A stretch of 63,975 nucleotides of DNA, filler included, from Collodictyon triciliatum (taxonomy: Eukaryota), in the NCBI GenBank assembly GCA_043381765.1. It is 16 parts of 16 records of this genome, joined end to end, with 100 filler letters (N's around TTAATTAATTAA, not from the genome) between each part and the next. Parts side by side here need not be neighbours in the genome. Positions count along the whole stretch, not along the records: positions 52,080 to 55,979 come from JBHJMP010006740.1; positions 56,080 to 59,978 come from JBHJMP010006741.1; positions 60,079 to 63,975 come from JBHJMP010006742.1; 13 more parts are not named here. The stretch is one strand, 5' to 3'. Below the pieces are notes generated by a model. It was not told where the DNA came from, did not search any database, and saw only the letters and a program-made list of their open reading frames with translations. Shown piece after piece: positions 55,330 through 63,975 of this stretch. The position numbers were made by a program, and so were the translations under genes. Within the stretch, counting starts at the first letter, position 1. Each line of letters opens with the position of its first letter.

Positions 55330-55979
55330 CTGCATCGCCCGCGCCTGATGGAAAATACGAGCCGAGATGGGGAGAAGGCGCATGCCGCAACCTGTCGAAG
55401 GCTTTGCAAGTTTCAGCCAGCTCTTCTGGTTCCAACGCTGAGGCGGAAAAACCCCTCGAGTTGCGTGCAAGTCCAAGAAGACCCATGCAAGGAAGCCGCC
55501 TGCAAGTCTGTCTGAGCGGAAAGTATTTTTGCACGGGGTCGAGCAAGTCGTTTACAATAAGAACAAGGCTATAGGCTAACAGATGCACTCACCTCCTTCT
55601 TGAAAGCGAACAAACTTTGGGAAGAGTCCATCCAATTACGCTTACCGGACAGCAGAGGCCTTTTCCTGATCGCCTTCCGCACTGAAGAAAACGCCCGAAA
55701 GCTTCTGGAACTGAGGCAGGTAAGTTTGATCGATACTACGATCAGCTTCGCTAGAAGTAAACCAACAGAGACCTCGGTGATGCTCTACCAACTACCGCTG
55801 GACGTGTGACCGCAAATCCTTCGTGAGGAGCTGAAGCCGTTCAGACCGACCCACGTGGAGATCAAAAAAAGACAATGGCTTCTTCACAGACACGGCCGTG
55901 GTGAAGCTTCTTTGTCACAAGAACCAGCTCCCTGCAAAGTTTACGGTCATGGGCAAAAAGTGTCCAAAGCGCATCCTCA
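55330..55979 (+). mobile_element. Degenerate Tx1/L1-like ORF1 (RRM-like) fragment
   Basis: GLFLIAFRTEENARKLL...VMLYQLPLDV*PQILREELKPF...(frameshift)NGFFTDTAVVKL...LPAKFTVMG resembles Tx1-type ORF1; contains a stop and a frameshift. Confidence 0.65.
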
Positions 55980-56343
55980 NNNNNNNNNNNNNNNNNNNNN
56001 NNNNNNNNNNNNNNNNNNNNNNNTTAATTAATTAANNNNNNNNNNNNNNNNNNNNNNNNNNNNNNNNNNNNNNNNNNNNGCACACAAGTTCTGCACAAGT
56101 CGTCTTCTCTGAAAAATCCGCCGGCCTTTGCGGGATATTTAACCTCGTCTTGTCGAAATCCTTGCTCCTCTTTTTTTATTCTCAAAGTACTTTCTGATCT
56201 CTGTGTGCGCAACCCCACCATTCTGACTCGAGTGAATCTGTCCTGTGTGATTGTTAAGTCCGCTCATAAAACAAATAAATTATGTGTATTGTATTGACAC
56301 CCAGCCAGTCTACCCATATATACAGCCGCCAGAATCTGTCCAG

Positions 56344-57523
56344 ATGTCCGATTATCTCACACCTGCCCAAGTGGATGCGCTTTTGGAAGAAGTCCTGAAT
56401 CTCTCTGGTGATGATGATATTGCCAGTCTAAAAGGATCCACATCTCTGGATCTCTGTGGCAACGGTCTGTCATCTGTGCCGCCTGGTGTTTTTCTGTTGA
56501 CTGGTCTGATAATATTGGATCTTGGTGGCAATAAGTTGTCATCACTACCTGCACAAATATCATGTTTGACTGGTCTTAGTGAACTTCATGTTGCTGGCAA
56601 TAAGCTGCCATCACTACCTGCACACATATCGTGTTTGACTGGTCTCATAGAACTTTATGTCCGTGACAATCAGCTGTCATCGCTACCTGCACAAATATCG
56701 TGTTTGACTGGTCTCACAGCATTGGATCTTGCTGTCAATGAGCTGTCGTCACTACCTGCGCAAATATCGTGTTTGACTGGTCTCAGTATACTTAGTGTTG
56801 GAAGCAATCAGTTGTCATCGCTACCTGCACAAATATCGTGTTTGACTGGTCTGGAAGTACTTTCTGTTGGTGACAATCAGTTGTCGTCGCTACCTGCACA
56901 AATATCGTGTTTGACTGGTCTCACAATACTTGATGTTTATAACAATCCGGTATATTTTTATTCATATATTGTATTACTATTTATGTTTAAAAGAAAATGA
57001 CTGACAACAACACACACAGATGGAGGAGCTTCCAGCACAGATCACAGCACTCACAAATCTGAAAGAACTGTATATCCAAAATGGTGAAGGCCAAATTATA
57101 ATAAAGAGAGCCCCGCGTGGCATCTCAAATCTCCCCTGCTGGGACAACACAGAAGACTCTTGGGGCGGGATTAGCTTTGCTGACGCCCTCAGAAAGCTGG
57201 AGCTGTATGATGCAGAGAATAGACCAGCAGTAAAAACCCCTGCTAAAAACACGCTTGCTGCTGGCAGTAGAGTGGGAGCTGCTCGCGGACCTGTAGAAGC
57301 CCCAGAAGATGCGGTGGTCCGAAAGCTGGAAGAGGCCAAGCGAGCTGAAGAAGGACAGCAGGGTCTAGAAGCCGAAAAAGAGGTTAAAATGCACATTAAA
57401 TCTCCTGTTGTCACATACCAGACTAAAATACGCTCTGCAAGACTTAATAAGAAAATTAACAGACACACTACATCCAAACGAGCTCGACGTTCCATCCAGG
57501 TACGAAAAAGGAACAACACATAA
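56344..57523 (+). CDS. LRR protein with seven 23-aa repeats encoded by 69-bp units; 3' end uncertain
   Basis: Repeats NxLSSLPAQISCLTGL; intron after YNNP (56950-57019); exon 2 MEELPAQITALTNLKELYI. Confidence 0.88.
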
Positions 57524-59978
57524 TAATACAATGATGTACTGACCATCAGTCCCCAGATCAATCAAAGACAGACTACAAACCATTTGCAAAGGGAGACGTG
57601 TTCCCATTGCACATATCCAGCACAGAAGAGTAGGGATAGCCATTGCGCCATCACAAACGTTTCAGTATATATATGATTGGGTCTAACTCAACCTCTTGGG
57701 CAGGGCCGACACCTTCAAGGTCAGCAGTGCCGATGGCGACTTCTGCATCGATAAAACACAAGCAAAGCTTCTTGGGCAGGGAAGCTGCGGAAACGCCTCG
57801 CCAAAAGGTAACTCATCTAAAGTTACTTATGATTCGTAAGACCAGGCCCACTTGTTCCTGTGCGGTGTTATCTTATTATTCCGACTGAGACATTTTCCTC
57901 TTTTACCAGACCAACAGAAGAGGAGAGACAGACTGGCCGAGAAGGAAGAGGACATCCCTCACGAAGACCCGAGCGAGGAGCCTGCAGACCCCGTTGATAT
58001 ACTTGTTTAGTCTTATTCTTTCCTCTTTTTTTTCGTGTACAAATAAAAAAAAGGCTTTGTGGATAACGAATTGCGAATGTTTTCAGAATGAACAAGAGCC
58101 CAATGTCACGGAGGCAGAAGTCAATGCCTGTCTCAGTGGAGGCCTCTGCGGCCTCTGCTTCAGCAACTACAGCAACCCGTGCTACCTGCCGTGCCAGCAC
58201 GTATTCTGTTCCGACTGTATCAAGAAAGCCATCATCGCGTCAAAGGAAGCACCGCCTTTCAGATGCCCATTCTGCGCCGAGCCTGTATATGTAGATGAAG
58301 ACACGGTTGGTGGGTTAAAAGCTTATGATTATGACGCAGCTTGCTTAGGAGGCCTGAACGCGGGCCTCAAAGATAGTGCAGACAACGCGGACGCCCCGGT
58401 GCTCAGATGCAAAGGCAAGACGAGGGGTGTCAGATGTACCGAAGATGCGACCCACTACTGCGTGAAGTGTGGAGAAGAAGGCACCTTCTGCGAAAAGCAT
58501 GGCGACGTGCACATGGACGCATATGATGAAAGCCATATAATTAAGTAAGCGATTTCATTTGGTTGACACATTTTTTTTTATCCATTCAGTCTTGAACAAT
58601 ACCTTTCGATAGCCGCCTGAAGTCATTATACTCAATCCGAATCAAAAAGACCCATAGAACTAGGAACCCTTCCGACTGCCAAAAAGACGGAAAACTGCCT
58701 GATTCACAAGGCCATTCCAATCGGATTCTTCTGCCCTTCCTGCCCCGAATCTCCTCTGAAGTGTGCTGAATGCGCATTGGAGGACCGTAAACACCTGGAC
58801 GAGCACAGGAGACTCGGCGATCAGAGATTCGACATTCACGCTGCCATCACCACTAAAATCCGTGAGCTCCGGACAGCAGAAGGAAGACTAGCACCAAACA
58901 TCGAATCTGTCGAGGAGAAAATACAAAAAGTAAAACGCTGCGAATGTCATTTATATCTCAACTACCTGAACTCATAGCAAAATTGTGTTTGAACTCTGGT
59001 CAAATCCTCGTAAATATCCAGGTCAGCACGAACTACCAACAAAGAACAACGGAGCTGGATAACTTCATAAAGATATTAGAGGCACAAGTCGATCGATTCA
59101 AAGCCGAGTCCAGGAAAGAGGTTAGTATAAACGCGAAAGCATCGTATCGAAACATTTTGCAATCATGAGGGAGAAGAGTTTAGCGCGCCATTTTTTCTGT
59201 ATGTAAGAAAATTAAAATTCAAATTGAAATGACAAATAATAAAACTACCCAGCTCGATGCGCTGAACCGATCCATCCTTGAGCCGCTTGAGGTATCGAAA
59301 GAGAAGCTCGAATGCGAGATGCGCCGAATCCGCACTGCCAAGCAAACCCTGCGCAAGGTCCTTGAAAAGCCCGAAGGCGAGCGCTCCCTGATCCAGATGG
59401 GCAACGCACTGCGCTTCGCCAACCAAGTTCTTTATTCCAAATACAACACGCCCATCGAAATCGCCCCATTTAGCATCGTCTCGAGAGACCAGCGATTCAT
59501 CCTGGACGAGCTCAAGAAGCTGAACGAGACGTTCATGTTTGGCCTGAGCACTACGGAGATAGAAGCAGAAGGATCAGTGACAGAAGAGGTCGAGACGGAG
59601 ACAGAAGCGCTTCACTCGATCACTGCCTCACCTGAAAGCATCCAAGAACTCCCGAACATTACTGCCGACTCGTCGACTGGTGATGCCCGAATCGAGTGTC
59701 CGTGGGCGGTTTGCGTGCATCCACAGAACGGTAACATCTATGTGACGGACGAAGATTCGCAAAAAGTCCATATCTTTAGTGATGACCTCAGCCATGTTTC
59801 ATCCCACCACACCGGACTCGTCATCCCGAAGGCTCTTCACGGGCCAAGAGGAATCGCCATCTCCAACGACGGTCTCATCGCGGTTGCAGACTGCGAAGGC
59901 CACTCTGTGAAGCTCTTCACCGACCAGCTCACGCTTGTCAAGACCATCGGCGGAAAGAAGGGTAAGGAGGACGGCCAG
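57422..59978 (+). CDS. TRIM-like RING - B-box - B-box - coiled coil - NHL protein (3' truncated; may be joined to the upstream LRR)
   Basis: RING CGLC...LPCQHVFCSDC...CPFC; B-box ATHYCVKC...FCEKH...H; B-box CLIH...FFCPSC...CAEC...H..H; NHL PWAVCVHP.NGNIYVTD, PRGIAIS...AVAD. Confidence 0.88.
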
Positions 59979-60129
59979 NNNNNNNNNNNNNNNNNNNNNN
60001 NNNNNNNNNNNNNNNNNNNNNNTTAATTAATTAANNNNNNNNNNNNNNNNNNNNNNNNNNNNNNNNNNNNNNNNNNNNTATTATTATTTATTATTATTAT
60101 TTATTATTATTATTTATTATTATTATTTA

Positions 60130-60210
<81 letters not shown>

Positions 60211-60908
60211 TATTATTATTTATTATTATTTATTATTATTATTTATTATTATTATTTATTATTATTATTTATTATTATTATTTATTATTATTATTTTGAA
60301 AGACTTGTGATTTGCATATTGATACAGCGTCATGATAGTCAAATGTTTCCATTATTTAGAAAACACGAAGTCACTATCTCTGGTTATTTCAAAAAAATAC
60401 TAATGAATGAATGAATGAATAGTCTACGGCGATCACATGGCGTACCCATCATACTTGATCACCTATCGTCACTAGCAAGCTGGGAAGGACACCCCACCAT
60501 GCATTGTGATATCAAGAAGAAAAAAAAAACGACGCTGATATACAGACACCTGCGTATCAGATTGCATAAAAATGAAGAAAAAGAAAAGCGTGCACAGTTC
60601 TCTGTTTGACCGGCTGCACGGGTATGCCACAAGGAAAAGGTCGTCGAAGACACTAATGATTCTTGTGAATTTTTTTTCATCGCCCTCTCCATTTTTGACT
60701 TTTCGCTTTCTTTTTGTTTTCTTTTTGTTTTCTTTTTGCTTTCTTTTTGTTTTCTTTTTGTTTTCTTTTTGTTTTCTTTTTGTTTTCTTTTTGTTTTCTT
60801 TTTGTTTTCTTTTTGCTTTCTTTTTGCTTTTTGTTTCTTTGCTGTGTATGTGTGTGTGTGTGTTTTCTTGTTTATGTTTATTACTAGGGCGAGCACGCTG
60901 GCAGCGAG

Positions 60909-63617
60909 CTATGACTTGCGCCTCTGGGGCTTGGCTGCGTCCCTGGACGTCTTCGAGAAGCTGCCTTGCCTTGGTTTCGGGCTGTGGGGTTTTCCGCCTA
61001 CGGCGTTTCGCGCTGATTTCTTTGCCACGCCAGATAGGGTCTGTTTCAGCTTTGTTGCTGGGAACCCTGTCTTGGCTGCAGTCTTCCCGTATGTAGAGTC
61101 CGGCTTGGATGGGGTGAATCTGCTGTTTGGGGTTGGCTTCCTTCCTTGCTTGAAGGATGTGCTTGTGTTTGTGCTTGTGCTTGTGCTTGTGCTTGTGCTT
61201 GTGCTTGTGCTTGTGCTTGTGCTTGTGCTTGTATTTTTGCTTGGTATCGATTGCGAAGCAGATGATTTCGGCGTCATCCGGTAATACTTTGGCCTTCTTG
61301 GAAGTCGCGATTCTGGCGCTTTAGGTTTTGTCTGGAGTTGCTTCTCTAACGTGTCGATGGGTATGGGCGAAGCCTTCATCAAGGAATCAAGCGGTCTGTT
61401 CTGCTCGTTGAATCTCTAGGCGATTTTTAAGTAATACGTCGTCAGAGAGTATTGTCTGCAATGATTGTTTGCTTGGATGAGTCTGGTACCTTGATTGTAT
61501 CAGCCAGGGCAGTTTCTTGCTTGGTGACAAAGGAAACGGCGTGGCCGATGTTTCCTGCTCTGGCAACTCTTCCAATACGATGAATGTAATCCACTGTTGA
61601 TTTGGGAAAGTCAAAGAGAATTGCACCGTATATCTAGGGCAAGTTTGTTAATAAATAGGATTATGCTTTGATTTGAATAAAGGGGGAGGGGGAAAAATGA
61701 ATGGGGTTATGCTAGATTGTACAAAAGGAATATATGATATCCCGTTTGATTTAAGGCAATACACTTACATCAGGTATATCCAATCCCCGAGAGGCAATAT
61801 CCGTGCAGACTAGGATGTTTGTCGTCCCATCGGAAAATGCTTTGAGTGAGATTTTCCTCAACTATTAACATTAGAAAATCGGTTTGGGATACTCAGTATT
61901 CAAAAAAAAAAAAAAAGTACATCTTAAAGAGGAGAGCAAAGAAAAGGACCAGGGGCATGTCTAAATTTTCGTCTTTAAGAAGGAAAAAAAAAAAAAAAAA
62001 AAAAAACAGCGGGGTACCTTCATAGGCATATCTCCGTACATGCCTATAGTGGGGTATTTACTTTCTTCAAGAAAATAACATGTTGATTGAGCACTCGGTA
62101 TAGTATTACAGAAGATAATTACTTTCTTATCTTTGAATTTTTCCATCCAGAACAAAAGCTCATCTATTGTTGTGGAATAAATACGTGAATTGATGAGGAG
62201 ACATACTTGAGTGAGTGTTTGGTTGATAGTATTATAAATAAATAAATCTTAATTCCTTTATGCTTCGTCTTCAGGACGTAGGCTGTTGGAATATAAATAT
62301 CTAACCATGCTTCTTGTTAGGAAGGACAGGAATAAATTTTTGATTAAGCGTAGCAACTGGTCGATGCAGCATATCACTTTTGATGATTTCTACGTTCTAT
62401 AATTGAAATTAAGCACGGGAGCATGAATTTAAAAAAATGCATGTAACATACCAGCGATTAAAAAAATTGTAAATGTATATATTGACACAGGAACATAATG
62501 TGTGAACTATAAATCACTGGAATGTAACGAAATAATTGACACAAATTATTGAGTAGAAATGACTCACTGGGAATGAATTCTTTACATAATCTGTTACTTT
62601 ACTAATTAGAGTGGCAGTAACATATACGACTTGAATTCTTTTTGGATCTTCACTAACGATGAGCTATTCATAATACTTCAGGTGAATGAAATTCAAAGAT
62701 AGGTATTCGACTAAAACTAGAGAAACAAAACCTCTTGAGAAGAAATGATGGGATATGTTAAAGTATTCCACCTTTAGTATGTCAGTAATTTTGTTTAGTT
62801 CGTATTCATAGCCCTCAGATGTTTGAAATTCGGCTTCATCCACGACTATATATTTTAAGTCCGAGAAGAATAATCTTCCTATAAGGAAAGATATTATTAA
62901 AATACGTATAACCATGTCGTTCCAGTATTCATATAGTCAAATAAAAGAAATCGCCAGTTTTATCAATTGAATAATATTAAAGGGTATATGTACTCTTTTC
63001 ATGTAGTCTCAAGAGTTTTGCTGTTGTTCCAAAGATGATATCGGCTGTGGGTATATCGATAGAGTCGATTGCCAAGTCATTTCTTCTCCCAAAGGCAGTT
63101 CCGATAGTTAAGTTTGTAAAAGAAGACATTTTCTTTGCTTCTGTCTGTGACAAAATTTCAAAATAGTTTATATGTATCCTTTTATCACAAGAGGATGATT
63201 TATTCTTGCAATAGATAAAGTTATTTGAGATGAAAACACTAAACTTACGTACGCTTGTTGGCATAAGTATAGATTAGGCACAATTACAAGTCCTTTAGGT
63301 CGATAGGGACGTCTTGGGCTTTCGTCAGCAACCATGGCGAGTTGATTGAGTATAGGTAAGCTATATGCGAGGGTTTTTCCACTTCCTACATTGCGATTTT
63401 TATGAGATAAACCTACCATAGTTCATCCTCATGTGAAAAACTTTGAACCGAATAAGGAATGAGTGGGTCAACTCCTCAATGAGAAAATAAATATTACAAA
63501 GCATCTATTGTACATAAGAGCGGTTTATCTGAAATGATAATCAGGAAAAGAACCTGTTTCTGCTGCTATAATCGCATTTTGTCCTTGTAATAGACGTGGT
63601 ATGCTAAGTTTCTGTAT
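60909..63617 (-). CDS. DEAD-box RNA helicase, DDX28/RH39-like (5' truncated)
   Basis: IQKLSIP...[49 protein letters not shown]; basic low-complexity tail. Confidence 0.9.
61666..61695 (+). mobile_element. Older family B copy, intronic, with a decayed TSD
   Basis: CTTTGATTTGAATAAAGG plus purine tail; flanks AATAAATAGGATTATG / AATGAATGGGGTTATG (13/16). Confidence 0.65.
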
Positions 63618-63975
63618 ACATTTGATTAAAAAGTAGTAGCGTCGTATGTTTTGGCAGAATTGATTGGATTTATCAATGTAAAAACAGACGTAATATCCCG
63701 GTGGAATAATATATTTTAAAAAGAAAGAAACGACCGCAATAAGTGTCATCAGATATTCGACTTACTTTTTTTCTTCTTTTTCAAAAAAAAAAAAAAACAG
63801 AGAGGGAGAGAGAAGACAGAGAGAGAGAGAGAGAAGACAGAGAGAGAGAGAGAGAAGACAGAGAGAGAGAGAAGACAGAGAGTGAGTGAGTGAGTGAGTG
63901 AGTGAGTGAGTGAGTGAGTGAGTGAGTGAGTGAGTGAGTGAGTGAGTGAGTGAGTGAGTGAGTGAGTGAGTGAGT

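Noticed and set aside
56455-56949. CRISPR-like repeat/spacer periodicity
   Set aside because: The period is 69 nt = 23 codons in an open LRR frame; no cas genes; eukaryotic context.
63797-63975. (GA)n/(GAGT)n end and the ATTAGT-type start as telomeres
   Set aside because: Not a G-rich telomeric unit; most scaffolds here break at assorted microsatellites.

Overview
This window is not one locus. It is 16 unrelated scaffolds of about 3.9 kb from an intron-rich, microsatellite-rich eukaryote, joined by artificial 100-nt spacers (N44-TTAATTAATTAA-N44). A Dictyostelium-type STAT and a TKL-type receptor kinase suggest an amoebozoan or similar protist (inference). Recognisable spliced genes, many truncated by scaffold ends: GT31 galactosyltransferase, STAT, condensin-II CAP-D3, tRNA-Ser(CGA), a membrane-anchored bZIP, proline iminopeptidase, MePCE/Bin3, two LRR proteins, AMACR, two coiled-coil/NHL proteins (one a full RING-Bbox-Bbox-CC-NHL), an SK-like channel C-terminus, mitochondrial uS15, MCTS1, FAH, a Kelch/Cys-rich/TM receptor kinase, an HS2ST-like sulfotransferase and a DDX28-like helicase. 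L1/Tx1-like retroelement remnants are also present. Most notable observations: (1) ultra-short (about 25 bp) retroposed inserts CTTTGAATCGAATAAAGG(A)n with long target-site duplications and a recurring 5' edge; (2) a 42-bp palindrome on two unlinked scaffolds, with a compensatory change, both copies next to likely 3' splice sites; (3) a scaffold with an exact 69-nt terminal overlap (circle or tandem unit) carrying the sulfotransferase; (4) a 69-bp constant/variable LRR array that may be fused to a TRIM-NHL gene. Exon models were read by eye and need RNA-seq confirmation.
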